A stretch of DNA of 64,000 nt, taken from contig JBGSMV010000024.1 in assembly GCA_041739995.1 (NCBI GenBank), positions 28,355 through 92,354 on the forward strand. The letters run 5' to 3'. The stretch comes from Bdellovibrionota bacterium (GTDB lineage Bacteria; Bdellovibrionota_C; UBA2361; JBGSMV01). The translations under genes were made by a program, and so were the position numbers. Positions 1-10,092 of this stretch are shown here, piece by piece. Positions within the stretch are counted from its first letter, which is position 1. Each line of letters opens with the position of its first letter. The notes below the pieces were generated by a model. The model worked only from the letters and a program-made list of their open reading frames with translations. It made no database searches and was not told the origin of the DNA.

Positions 1-1488
1 GTCTTAAGCGCGTTGGCACGCGTGGGATTTGTGAAGCCGACACCGGTTCAAGGAGAGTCGTTGCGCTACTCGCTGGCTGGCGAAGACCTCATGCTACAGG
101 CCAAGACCGGCAGCGGCAAAACTCTTGCATTTGCACTCCCCATTCTTGCCACACTCGCCAAGACCACGAAGAAAGATTACACCGCGGCGCTTGTGCTCGC
201 TCCAACCAGAGAGCTGGCCTCTCAAATTTGCGAGGTATTTCGAACAATTACTCCTGATGTCGCCCCATGTTTAGTGATCGGTGGTGTCAGCATCGCCAGC
301 CAACTCCGCGACCTCGATAAGGACCCACGAGTGGTCGTTGGCACTCCGGGTAGAATCCTAGACCTCATGCGTCAGCGCGAGCTTCGTTTGCAACAGTGCG
401 CATTTTTCGCGGTGGATGAAGTGGACGAAATGTTCTCCATGGATTTCGCTGAAGATGTTCGTGCAATCCTCTCTCACTTACCCGCGAAGCGGCAGGGCAT
501 ATTTGTAAGCGCTACGATCTCACCGAAAGTCGAAATGCTTGCGAACAACTTCTTAACCAACCCACGTAAGATCGTGATTTCTAGTCCTGGGGAGGCACTC
601 CCTCCGGTTGAGCATCTCTACCTTGAAGTATCAGGTGAACTTACCGCTAAAACCACCGCGCTTTGCGATCTAATCGAGAGTTATAACCCTCGCTCGGCTA
701 TCATTTTTTGCAATACAAAGTCTGATACCGAGCTGCTCGAAGTTTACCTTCGACGCCGGGGCTATGACGCTCGATTGCTCAATTCAGATCTTAACCAAAA
801 ACAACGCGACGCAATCATGTCACAAATGCGATCAGGGGATCTGCGCATTTTAGTTGGTACCGATCTCGCCGCACGTGGACTCGACATCGCCGAGCTCACG
901 CTGGTTGTGAATTATGCGCTGCCTGACCAGCCAGAAGTCTATGTGCACCGCACCGGACGTACTGGGCGCGCAGGTAGAAGCGGAAGAGCAGTGAGTTTGA
1001 TCGGCCCGCAAGACTTCATGGCGTGGATGAACATCAAGCGCTTTGTCACCATGCCGATTCAGGCACTCACTCCGCCTACTGAAGCCGATTTAGTGACCGC
1101 ACGGGTGGCACATTTACACGCGCTTATTCGAGAGACCGAATCCCTCCCAAATGCCAAAGATATTGAGATGGCGCAGAAGTTTCTTTCTGATCTTGGCGTT
1201 CAAACACCAGACGAAGCAGGCTGTGCGCTCTTGGCAAAATTATGCCTTTCTTTCGTTGAGCAAATCGCCGCCGCCAAGAAGGACAAGCTCATGGCACTGA
1301 GCGAGAAGACTCAATCTGACGGAGACCCGTCTGCTCAAGATGCACCACGCACCCAGGACCGTAGAGATCGTGGCCCTGGTTCTGGCACAGGCTCAGGCCA
1401 TCGTGGTCGAGACTCGGGAAGGTCGGGTGGGCAGCGCTCGTCCGGCCCAAGACATAATGATCGCGGGGATCGAAGAGGACGCCGCTAG
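1..1488 (+). CDS. DEAD/DEAH-box RNA helicase, probably 5'-partial
   Basis: Q motif GFVKPTPVQ, AKTGSGKT, PTRELA, TPGR, DEVD (motif II variant), SAT, ARGLD, HRTGRTGR; RG-rich C-terminal tail. Frame is open back to base 1. Confidence 0.95.
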   Translation, partial: VLSALARVGFVKPTPVQGESLRYSLAGEDLMLQAKTGSGKTLAFALPILATLAKTTKKDYTAALVLAPTRELASQICEVFRTITPDVAPCLVIGGVSIASQLRDLDKDPRVVVGTPGRILDLMRQRELRLQQCAFFAVDEVDEMFSMDFAEDVRAILSHLPAKRQGIFVSATISPKVEMLANNFLTNPRKIVISSPGEALPPVEHLYLEVSGELTAKTTALCDLIESYNPRSAIIFCNTKSDTELLEVYLRRRGYDARLLNSDLNQKQRDAIMSQMRSGDLRILVGTDLAARGLDIAELTLVVNYALPDQPEVYVHRTGRTGRAGRSGRAVSLIGPQDFMAWMNIKRFVTMPIQALTPPTEADLVTARVAHLHALIRETESLPNAKDIEMAQKFLSDLGVQTPDEAGCALLAKLCLSFVEQIAAAKKDKLMALSEKTQSDGDPSAQDAPRTQDRRDRGPGSGTGSGHRGRDSGRSGGQRSSGPRHNDRGDRRGRR

Positions 1489-1513
1489 CGAGAAGATCTT
1501 GCCACTTGAGAGA

Positions 1514-2476
1514 CTATTCGCCAACAGTCTCGAGAAAGCTCATCACTCGCTGGCTGTACCAGCGTGGCTCAGACCTTGATGCCCTTCCAAACGAAGCATG
1601 GCCCCCGTGTGCTGGAAGTTCCAGCCAAAGGTGCGGATGCCGCTCAGCCAACTCGTGCGGATTACTCTCAAAATGGAGGAATGGATCGTCTTTGGCGTTC
1701 AGAATAAGTGTCGGCACTCTGATGCCGTCAAGAAATTGGCCAGAGGAGCATTTTGAATAATAGTCGAGTGCGCCGTCGAATCCGTGCAGTGGCGCAGTGT
1801 AGCGCTCATCATATTCGTGAAATGTTTGAATTTCTTCAAATCCGGCCAGTGATATCTCGGCAGGAAACCGCGTCTGCTTTTGGCGCAATTTCTTCTCCAG
1901 GTTTCGTAGAAAATAGCGCATATAAACTCGATTGCTAGGGCGAGCCAACTGAGTAGCGCAAGCAGCAAGGTCACAGGGCGCCGCTACCACCGCGATCCCC
2001 TGTACCGCGGGAAGCAAATCCTCTCCCTGCTCTCCCGCAAGCTTCAAAGTGAGATTTGCTCCGAGGCTAAAGCCAGTAAGCGCGATCGAGCGATAACGAG
2101 CCAATGCATGCTTTAACACCAGCCCCAAATCCTCAGTCTCGCCACTGTGATAAAAACGCAGGGCTCTGTTCGGTTCACCACTACACCCTCGATAATTCCA
2201 AGCCAAAACATCCCAGCCATGCCTCACTGCCGCTGCCGCCAACGACAAGACCGGCTTGCTCTTGGTGCTTCCCTCCAAGCCATGGCTGATGAGCAGCAAA
2301 CGCTCCTTTCCGCTCACGGACCAGTCGAGGTCCAGAAAATCATCATCAGGCGTAGCTATTCGCTCCCGTGTCCATGGCAGCCGGTCAGAAACCGGCATGA
2401 AAGACCCAAAAATGGTGTTGAAGTGCCGATTGCGTAACAGCAATGGAGCACGATAGGAGGAACGCACTACAGGCAT
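1514..2476 (-). CDS. YheT-like alpha/beta hydrolase
   Basis: HGLEGS, RGCSGEPN, nucleophile GFSLG, DDP and HGGH motifs. Confidence 0.9.
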   Translation of the reverse strand: MPVVRSSYRAPLLLRNRHFNTIFGSFMPVSDRLPWTRERIATPDDDFLDLDWSVSGKERLLLISHGLEGSTKSKPVLSLAAAAVRHGWDVLAWNYRGCSGEPNRALRFYHSGETEDLGLVLKHALARYRSIALTGFSLGANLTLKLAGEQGEDLLPAVQGIAVVAAPCDLAACATQLARPSNRVYMRYFLRNLEKKLRQKQTRFPAEISLAGFEEIQTFHEYDERYTAPLHGFDGALDYYSKCSSGQFLDGIRVPTLILNAKDDPFLHFESNPHELAERHPHLWLELPAHGGHASFGRASRSEPRWYSQRVMSFLETVGE

Positions 2477-2505
2477 AACAATCTCAAGCTTAGCGAGAGA
2501 GTAGG

Positions 2506-3150
2506 CTACTTCGGCTTATACAAACCTGCCTTCGCTGCCCCAAGCAACCCAGCCTGCAAGCTACGCTCATCAACTCTACACAAACCGCGCTCTATCGCGG
2601 GTGAAATGAGATTAAAATGTCGAGAGCTATCAAGGGCGGCGACCAAGTCGTCGAGTTGCTTGGAATCCACTCGCCAGTTTAGATAGTTGAAACGTCGTAA
2701 ATCCAAAAGCACCGAATACTCCCTAAGAGTCTTCTCGCGTGCCACGTTGAAGTAAAGCTCGAAGAATGACATCGCCAGTTCGCGCAAGGACTTGTAGGCC
2801 GGCTCACGAAATCGCAGACCTGAAAAGTTTGAAGCACTAACCGCCCCATAGCGACCGTGCTGTTTATAAACTGCGATGACGTGATCATCGTCGCGTCGGG
2901 CGCGCAGATCCATGACTTGAGGACGAAAGCCTAGCTGCTCCAACGCTGCTGCCGCAAAGAGCGCTCCGTCCATACAGTGGGCGCGCTTGTGGCGTAGCAC
3001 CTCTCGCGGACTCAAATATATCGGCTTTGTGTTGTAGCTAGTCCTATCAAGAAAGCCTTGCACCCCCTCAGGCGACTTCAACGCTTTCAGCAATTTAATT
3101 TCAGAAGAAGTGAGTCCCGTCGAAGAAACTCGATCTTTGCTCTTTACCAC
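2506..3150 (-). CDS. conserved hypothetical protein with transglutaminase-like Cys/His motifs
   Basis: SPREVL..AHCMDGALFAAAAL and DDDHVIA; in an operon-like run of minus-strand genes. Confidence 0.65.
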   Translation of the reverse strand: MVKSKDRVSSTGLTSSEIKLLKALKSPEGVQGFLDRTSYNTKPIYLSPREVLRHKRAHCMDGALFAAAALEQLGFRPQVMDLRARRDDDHVIAVYKQHGRYGAVSASNFSGLRFREPAYKSLRELAMSFFELYFNVAREKTLREYSVLLDLRRFNYLNWRVDSKQLDDLVAALDSSRHFNLISPAIERGLCRVDERSLQAGLLGAAKAGLYKPK

Positions 3151-3192
3151 CTGATATTCCTTGTTTGCTTATTCCTTCTCACGCTCGCTAAA

Positions 3193-3951
3193 CTATTTGC
3201 TCCGTTCTGCCCAAACGAGCAAACGCGGAGCGTCGGGCGACCAGTCAACTGTGCCAAAGTCCCCTTGCACGTGAACAATTCGCTGGCCACTCTTTTCGAG
3301 CAAACTTTCTATGTCTTCCCGCGCGTACAGCCGAACAGATTCGGTATAGACGCTAGTTTTGCCAGTTCCCCTATCCGTAACTTTGATGCGCTTCTCAACT
3401 CTCAGCCCATCTGGCGAAAAAGTGCGAGACTCGTCATAAATCGCGCTGGCCGTCTCCTTTCGCGACTCTGGCACAAGCGTATCTCTCACTCGCTTCGGAT
3501 TTAGGTAGTCAAGAAATAATACTCCGTCGGGCTTCAGTGCCCTTGCCCACTCCCTCAATAACGCCACATGCTCAGCATCTGAGGCAAGGTATCCAAAAGT
3601 AGTAAAAAATGCGCTCACGAGATCAAAACTATCAGACGCGACCGGCAGATGACGCATGTCACCTTCAACCGCTACACACGGCGAGGAATAATCTTGCAAG
3701 GCACGCACCGCCTGCTTCAACGCTTCGTGCGATCGATCCACCCCCACGCAACAGACCTTGCGCCTCGCAAGGGCGTGAAGATGTCTTCCCCGTCCACAGC
3801 CGATATCAAGTGCAAGTTTTGGCAACTGAGCGCGCAGTATTCTGAAACGGGCCAGCACCTCCTCAACCTGCATATTCGCTTCATCATTCGAACGATGGGC
3901 ATACAGATCAAGATACTCAGAACCAAACCAGTCGACGAACCACTCATTCAT
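3193..3951 (-). CDS. class I SAM-dependent methyltransferase
   Basis: LDIGCGRGRH, GVDRS, GDMRHLP, FTTFGY, LKPDGVLFLD. Confidence 0.92.
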   Translation of the reverse strand: MNEWFVDWFGSEYLDLYAHRSNDEANMQVEEVLARFRILRAQLPKLALDIGCGRGRHLHALARRKVCCVGVDRSHEALKQAVRALQDYSSPCVAVEGDMRHLPVASDSFDLVSAFFTTFGYLASDAEHVALLREWARALKPDGVLFLDYLNPKRVRDTLVPESRKETASAIYDESRTFSPDGLRVEKRIKVTDRGTGKTSVYTESVRLYAREDIESLLEKSGQRIVHVQGDFGTVDWSPDAPRLLVWAERSK

Positions 3952-3997
3952 ATTATTCTAACTCGACGCGATCGGCACTTGCGTACCCAAAGATCTT

Positions 3998-5002
3998 CTA
4001 TGTCGACAAAGAGCTAGGCCGATGGCTATGCGCCTTCAGATCTGCCTCCCTCCCGCTTGAGGGGCTGACTGCTGTTACCTGACTAAGTGCCAGCGCTCCA
4101 AAAACGGCAAAAATCGCTACGGTCACGTCCGCTACTAAAAGGTGCATCAGTTTCAATACTAGCACCTTTCCAAATACCAATGTCACAGCTCCCAAAGTCA
4201 CCTGAGCACAAAGCACCGCCCAAAGCATCCTATGGACTACTCTGAATTCTGCTCTCAGCGCAAAAGTTGCAGATGACCTCGTCGCTGTAAGCAACCAGAA
4301 GAGGTATCCCACGGAAATTACTGAGATCAGCGGATGAAGAATTCGAAGGCGCACCAACAAAGGAGAGCTACTTTCGAAGTCGGCCTGCACACCCGCCCAA
4401 AGTGAGGGGAATGGGTGCAACATGCTCGACAACGCCGCGACTACACCTGCTACCCCTGAGAGACAAAGCAGAAAAAAGCCAAGCAGTATCAACGCGCAGG
4501 TTTTGGATCTAAGCGAGAATTTTTCGATCGAATCGACACGAGCAAAGTGAGCCGTCAGAGACAGGCTGGAAACTAAGAAGAACGTGTTGACCAGGTGGAG
4601 GGTAAGGGAGACGATCCTCTGTAACGATTGATTTTGATCTACCCATCCATACAGCACCAATACTGCGCCAATGCCCGCCTCAATAACCATGAATCCGAAA
4701 CTACAATAGGCCGCATATCGAGCTGGGTGATGTGAAGAGAAATTTCGCCTGGCACCCCAGGCCAGTACAAGTGCCAGCAAAAAGACTGCCCCTGAGGAAA
4801 GACGATGCATGAATTCAATCGCGGTCTCCAGTGAGGCCGATCGAGGAAAGATCGCCCCATGGCAAAGCGGCCAGTTCTCCCCGCACCCATCTCCTGAGCC
4901 ACTCAGACGAGTAAATGCACCCCACAGAATAACCAGTAAGGAGAGCACAAGGGTGGAAATGGCAAGGCGCGAAAATCCGACTCGCGTTTTCGGGACGATC
5001 AT
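3998..5002 (-). CDS. ctaA: COX15/CtaA family heme A synthase
   Basis: About 8 hydrophobic segments, GSGDGCGENWPLCHG loop, IEFMHR, conserved His residues in TM helices. Confidence 0.85.
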   Translation of the reverse strand: MIVPKTRVGFSRLAISTLVLSLLVILWGAFTRLSGSGDGCGENWPLCHGAIFPRSASLETAIEFMHRLSSGAVFLLALVLAWGARRNFSSHHPARYAAYCSFGFMVIEAGIGAVLVLYGWVDQNQSLQRIVSLTLHLVNTFFLVSSLSLTAHFARVDSIEKFSLRSKTCALILLGFFLLCLSGVAGVVAALSSMLHPFPSLWAGVQADFESSSPLLVRLRILHPLISVISVGYLFWLLTATRSSATFALRAEFRVVHRMLWAVLCAQVTLGAVTLVFGKVLVLKLMHLLVADVTVAIFAVFGALALSQVTAVSPSSGREADLKAHSHRPSSLST

Positions 5003-5090
5003 GAAATGAACGCTAGCAAGATATCGAGGTCGAGCGCAAAGATCTCGGCAGAGAAATCTGAGTAATCGGAGTTCCTGCGCGAATGAGAAT

Positions 5091-5408
5091 CTAAGAGTCG
5101 CCGCCCGAGTGAGGTTCCTGTTTGTCCTGAAGCATCTTCTTAAGGGCGCGCGCAGTTTTTAGGTGAGCATCAATCTCACTCTGGGCTTTAGTTAAGACGG
5201 TAAGGGCATGCTGAGCGTCGGCCTTGGTAAGTAGCGAAGTGGTCGGGAGCGGTTGAATGCGGGAGTACTCCTCCATAAACTCCCGAACATAAGAGAGCAC
5301 ATCGGGGTCGGTTGAATCTTCGCCCTTCGGATAATCACGCTGAATCTCAACCTGACGATCAAGGTGGGAGCGAACTTGCAATTTTTTCTTGCCTCTTCTG
5401 GCCGCCAT
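5091..5408 (-). CDS. hypothetical protein
   Basis: ORF with basic N-terminus and helical C-terminus; ATG at 5408 preferred over GTG at 5447. Confidence 0.5.
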   Translation of the reverse strand: MAARRGKKKLQVRSHLDRQVEIQRDYPKGEDSTDPDVLSYVREFMEEYSRIQPLPTTSLLTKADAQHALTVLTKAQSEIDAHLKTARALKKMLQDKQEPHSGGDS

Positions 5409-5653
5409 ATATCTCTTCAGATGCGCGTCATGCTCGCATGGCCGCACTTCAATTAAAAATCGTAACTAGTCAGCATAACCCGCACGCTGTGCCCCTCAGG
5501 GGCCAATTTGCGGAGCAAATTGGGGGTGACAACAACTAACTGGTCACAAAATAGAGCTGCCCCGTTTAGGGAGAAATATCAGCTGCAGTATGGATTATAC
5601 GCTTCAACCTTGTGACGACTTACGATACGGATTTAAAATATGGTGACGAGTTA

Positions 5654-6697
5654 CTAAAAATCAAACACCGGGCTTGGTCCGATTACGGGGGCATCGGGGA
5701 AAAGAGAGCTATTCTGAGAACTTAGGCTCTCCGCCGATGGCTCCTGCTCCTTGGCCTTAGGCGGATCCACCAGCTCTTCTGGCGCAGGAGGCGGGAGCCT
5801 GAGCTTTAGCTCAATACGCCGATTTCCAGCCGCCTCTGTGCGCTCCGGGAACTTTGGCGCACGATCAGCCTGTCCCACCACTCCGCGAATTCGCTCAGTG
5901 GGAATCCCCTCGCGCTCCAGAAATCTCCTGGCAGCATTGGCGCGATCTGTTGAAAGCTCCCAGTTCGTGTAGGTGTTGAAACGACTGGAGAACCGTTTGG
6001 AATCGGTGTGGCCCAAAATATCAATCGGATAGGGAACCGCTCTGATAAACTGCGCGATTTTGGAAAATGCGTCTTCCGCCTCGATTGAAATTTGCGCACT
6101 TCCACTAGAGAACATCGAGGCTGTTTCGGTATCTCCAATTTCAATGCGAATCCCATCAGGCTCGAGCGTGATGTCGACTTCGCCAAGTACGTTTTCAATT
6201 TCTGGTGCAAGTGCGAGGGCCTCGGCGAGTCGACCGGCATATTTTTTGAGCTTCTCGGCTTCACCACCGAGCCCTTCCTCTATTGAGGAAAATTCTCCCG
6301 GGGGCATCTCTTCTGGGATTAACAACTTAGAGGCGCCATCGGCCGGGTTTTCCGCTGGTTCCTGGGTTGGATCCGGACTTTCGTGACCGGTTACCTTTTT
6401 TGCTGTACCGCTCTCAATGCCAGGGTCCTTGGAAGGTGCCACCTCTTCGCTGAAAATTCCGGCACCTCCTACTTGCAATGGTTTTCCAGTTCCGGTTTCA
6501 AAAATACCGGGCTTTCTGAAATATGCCGCAACCGCTTGGCGAGTTGGATTTTCTGCCGTACCGACCAGCCACATAACCATGAAGAAGGCCATCATCGCCG
6601 TCACGAAGTCGGCGTACGCAACTTTCCAGGCACCACCATGGTGGCCGCCATGGTGCCCTTTCTTCTTTACTACGATAATTGGCTTTTCATCGGCCAT
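5654..6697 (-). CDS. motB: flagellar motor stator protein MotB (OmpA-like domain)
   Basis: HHGGAWKVAYADFVTAMMAFF, GHTD, NWELSTDRA, NRRIEL. Confidence 0.95.
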   Translation of the reverse strand: MADEKPIIVVKKKGHHGGHHGGAWKVAYADFVTAMMAFFMVMWLVGTAENPTRQAVAAYFRKPGIFETGTGKPLQVGGAGIFSEEVAPSKDPGIESGTAKKVTGHESPDPTQEPAENPADGASKLLIPEEMPPGEFSSIEEGLGGEAEKLKKYAGRLAEALALAPEIENVLGEVDITLEPDGIRIEIGDTETASMFSSGSAQISIEAEDAFSKIAQFIRAVPYPIDILGHTDSKRFSSRFNTYTNWELSTDRANAARRFLEREGIPTERIRGVVGQADRAPKFPERTEAAGNRRIELKLRLPPPAPEELVDPPKAKEQEPSAESLSSQNSSLFPDAPVIGPSPVFDF

Positions 6698-6740
6698 GGT
6701 TCACCATCTTCCTTGAGGGCGACGACTCGCTTCTGCCGGA

Positions 6741-7598
6741 CTATTTCTTAGCTTCCTTCATAATCTCTTCGACCTCTTCCGACGTCGGCCGCATGCTGGA
6801 CGGTATGGTTTTTCGTGCGAACTCGAGCGCCACTTGTGGTGGAGCACCACCAGCAAAGGAAACTAATCCGGCCTGCACGCACTTAAGGACCGAGGTTTTA
6901 TCTCGAACAATCGACTCCATCTTGCTCCCGATCGGGCCGACGATACAGTAGGACAAAAAGATTCCCAACATCGTTCCCACGAGAGCAGCAGCAACGTGAT
7001 GTCCGATTTCTGCAGGAGGGCCATCCAAGAATTGCATCGTGATGATAATTCCTAGCACGGCTGCAACAATACCTACCGCGGGAAATGCGTCAGCAGTATT
7101 TTTCACCGCACCGGAATAGAGTAATTCTTCCTCATGATGAGTTTCAATTTCAGTATCAAGCAGTCGCTCAAGGTCAAATGCATTCACCACGCCGTCGACG
7201 AATAGTCGAAGGGCTCCGGTAAATGTATCCATCAAATGGTGATCGTGTGATGCCCGCGGATACTTGTTAAATCGCGCGCTCTCATGCGGATTGGAAAGAT
7301 CCCCTTCAATGCCAAGCACACCTTCTTTTCGCATGGTATCGAAGACGCTTGCCATCAAGCCCAGTAACTGACTGAACAGCTCTTTATCGACACCGCTGCC
7401 TTTGACAGTCTCAAGCATCTTGGGAATTATTTTTTTCAGAACGTAACCAGGTTGCGCGGTCAACGTAGAGAAAATACCGCAACCCATGATGACGAGATAT
7501 TCATAGGGCTGGAATAGAATGCCGGCAGGACCACCGGGTCCGACTAGTCCTACGACTGTACAAACGAGAACGCCGATTAATCCAACAATTACGCTCAT
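6741..7598 (-). CDS. motA: flagellar motor stator protein MotA
   Basis: RKEGVLGIE, DAFPAVGIVAAVLGII, GHHVAAALVGTMLGI, EFARKTI; start set to the ATG at 7598 (MSVIVG). Confidence 0.95.
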   Translation of the reverse strand: MSVIVGLIGVLVCTVVGLVGPGGPAGILFQPYEYLVIMGCGIFSTLTAQPGYVLKKIIPKMLETVKGSGVDKELFSQLLGLMASVFDTMRKEGVLGIEGDLSNPHESARFNKYPRASHDHHLMDTFTGALRLFVDGVVNAFDLERLLDTEIETHHEEELLYSGAVKNTADAFPAVGIVAAVLGIIITMQFLDGPPAEIGHHVAAALVGTMLGIFLSYCIVGPIGSKMESIVRDKTSVLKCVQAGLVSFAGGAPPQVALEFARKTIPSSMRPTSEEVEEIMKEAKK

Positions 7599-7980
7599 GG
7601 TCGAAAACCTTGGCCTCGCGAGCCCTCTTAACCGGCGCCCAAACTGCACGCGTGGAGGGTGGTAAAAACACTCCTGAGAGAATGATGCTACGCAGTATGA
7701 TGAATATTGCTGAGGAGTTGATGCAAATACTGCTGAGACGTCGTTACATGAGAGAGCGCCTCCTAGGCGGCTCCAAGCCCCTTTTCCCCCTCCACCGCAG
7801 GGGAAGAACTCCAACATTAGCGGAACCCGAGTTCTCCGGGAGCCTCGACCCTCATTGTTTCGGCCCACACAGCTGGTAAATAGCCATTCGAGGGCTCTTG
7901 GTTCGACGCCGCGTTGAGCCCAGCGCTGGCGCATAGTAACTTCGGCCGGCAGACCTCGTGCATATTAAATTGGAGCACTG

Positions 7981-8742
7981 ATGATCCCAGAAGGCCAAGT
8001 CACCACCCGTATCGACAAAGCGGTTGCCCACGTTCATTTTGGACATCCTCGCAGCAACTCCCTTCCGGGAAAGGTTTTGAATTCGCTCGCCGAGCAAATT
8101 TCAGCGGCTGGAGTCGATCCCGCCGTACGCGTGGTCCTGATCCGAAGTGAAGGCGACCGAGCATTTTGCGCCGGCGCTTCCTTTGATGAACTTGCCGCCA
8201 CCACCGAGCCAAAACCTGCTCACGAATTTTTTATGGGATTCGCTCGAGTAATTCTTGCGATTCGAAACTGCCCTGCTCTGGTAGTCGCACGAGTTCAAGG
8301 AAAGGCCGTAGGTGGTGGAGTGGGGCTGATAGCCGCATGCGATTATGCACTGGCCTTGGACAGCGCTTCGATTCGCCTAAGCGAATATGCGCTTGGCTTT
8401 GGCCCCTTTGTCATCAGCCCGGCGGTTCAACGCAAAATTGGCCTGGCTTCATTTAGCGCTCTTACCATTGATAGCGAGTGGCGAGATGCAGCTTGGGGGA
8501 AACAAGCTGGACTCTACGCCGATACTTTTTCGTCTCTTCCCCTGCTCGATGGCGCAGTTACCAAGCTCACCGAGAAGCTCGCCGCTTCGAACAAAGCAGC
8601 ATCCGAAAAAATCAAGGCAGTACTGTGGGCGGGAACCGAGCAGTGGGATACTCTGCTTGCAGAACGTGCCCAGATTAGCGCCGAACTACTTTGCTCACCC
8701 TTTGTTCAGTCTGCTATTAAGGTAGCGTTGAAGAATAATTAA
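7981..8742 (+). CDS. enoyl-CoA hydratase/isomerase (crotonase) family protein
   Basis: FCAGASF, VQGKAVGGGVGLIAACD, LSE motifs. Confidence 0.92.
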   Translation: MIPEGQVTTRIDKAVAHVHFGHPRSNSLPGKVLNSLAEQISAAGVDPAVRVVLIRSEGDRAFCAGASFDELAATTEPKPAHEFFMGFARVILAIRNCPALVVARVQGKAVGGGVGLIAACDYALALDSASIRLSEYALGFGPFVISPAVQRKIGLASFSALTIDSEWRDAAWGKQAGLYADTFSSLPLLDGAVTKLTEKLAASNKAASEKIKAVLWAGTEQWDTLLAERAQISAELLCSPFVQSAIKVALKNN

Positions 8743-8951
8743 GAAGGTAATCCCTTACGGCTCCCCACGTTCACTTGTGCCAAAAAAGCTCCCGCCGCTT
8801 GAGTGTCTGAGCGTGCTTAACCCAACTTCGATGATAGGTGCTTGATATCTAAGTGCTTTTACTCTTCAGTTGAATCTTAGGTACTGCGCAACCTTCGCCG
8901 ATAATAGTATGAGCGATTAGAGCACAACCTTATTGAGAGGCCTTCAACACC

Positions 8952-9902
8952 GTGTCGACAGAAGTTCAAGGGTACATCGATCAGGGCTCCGAGCCTGATT
9001 CGACCTGGGAAATCGCACGCCTCTCGGTACAGAAGCATCTGCAAATCCCCCCGACACTTCCGCGCGTAGTTAAAACAGGCTGGGAGGGCCTAACCTCTCA
9101 AGATGATTTTTTAAAACTTGTCGGCGGCGCTCGCGTCAATGCAGGCTGCCTCCTTTCCGCCGCTCAAATCATGAACGATGGGAGAAAGCCTAACTTTGGC
9201 GATGTGGTAAATGCGCTCAATACGCTGGGGATGGGTTACGCCTCGGTTGTCATGGCAGTGAATACTCTTACTCGACGCTTTCTCAAGTCTAAACCAGCTC
9301 CCCTTTGGAAGTCTGTCCTTAAGGAAATGATGTCGTCAATCGAGATTGGCTACATCCTTGGTTCTAAAGTATCAGGCTTTGGGTCGGCTGCTGGCGCACT
9401 GATGGGTTTTGCCGAACACGCCGGCCTACTTATGCTTTGTATGGATGACCCTAAAGCCTTCAAAGAGTGGCGCTTTCAAAGTCAACGCGCAGGACGCCTG
9501 GGAAGAAAAGTTGAGGTTGGATTTTTTGGCTGTGAGCCCTACCAAGTAGCGGCGCTCACCATTCAAGCCCTTGGATTCGGAGTTGAAAGTGCCGTGGGCA
9601 CGGCCCTCGGCGTGGGTCGCCTGTCCCCGGAACATCTTGCGAAAGACGACAGAATAAATTGCTGGCGCGCAGCCGTGGTGTGGATCGACTCCCTTAAACG
9701 TGGTCGTGATTTTCCTGCACAAAGCTCAATGCGAGACTTTTTTAAAGAAATCACACCGTCAAAAGACAGTGCGACAAAAAATCTGACGCTCGGCGTGCTC
9801 TACACTGAAGTTGCAAAGGTCAAGAATAACGGCTCGGATTGGACCTGGCACCTTCCACTCCCGTCCTATGACGCTACTCAAGAAGAGTGGAAGCTGAACT
9901 GA
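8952..9902 (+). CDS. hypothetical protein, degenerate HDOD-like
   Basis: VVNALNTLG, GALMGFAEHAGLLML and GCEPYQVAALTIQALGF resemble HDOD helices, without the HD residues. Confidence 0.5.
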   Translation: MSTEVQGYIDQGSEPDSTWEIARLSVQKHLQIPPTLPRVVKTGWEGLTSQDDFLKLVGGARVNAGCLLSAAQIMNDGRKPNFGDVVNALNTLGMGYASVVMAVNTLTRRFLKSKPAPLWKSVLKEMMSSIEIGYILGSKVSGFGSAAGALMGFAEHAGLLMLCMDDPKAFKEWRFQSQRAGRLGRKVEVGFFGCEPYQVAALTIQALGFGVESAVGTALGVGRLSPEHLAKDDRINCWRAAVVWIDSLKRGRDFPAQSSMRDFFKEITPSKDSATKNLTLGVLYTEVAKVKNNGSDWTWHLPLPSYDATQEEWKLN

Positions 9903-10092
9903 GTGTAAAACGCTCTCGTGGAAGCGCTCCTCAAGATAAGTCGCTGCGATACGCCATCACAGGCTTACTTCATAGATACTTCTTGCTCTCTCCGCTCCCT
10001 CTGGGGTCTCCGCGTAAATTGAAACTAACCAGAAGGCGCGAAGAATCTGAGAGATTACTCGATCGAGGGTCGATGCCCGCCCGCTGAATGCG

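Noticed and set aside
7599..7934. 112-aa N-terminal extension of MotA in the ORF track
   Set aside because: Not protein-like; MotA homology begins at the ATG at 7598.
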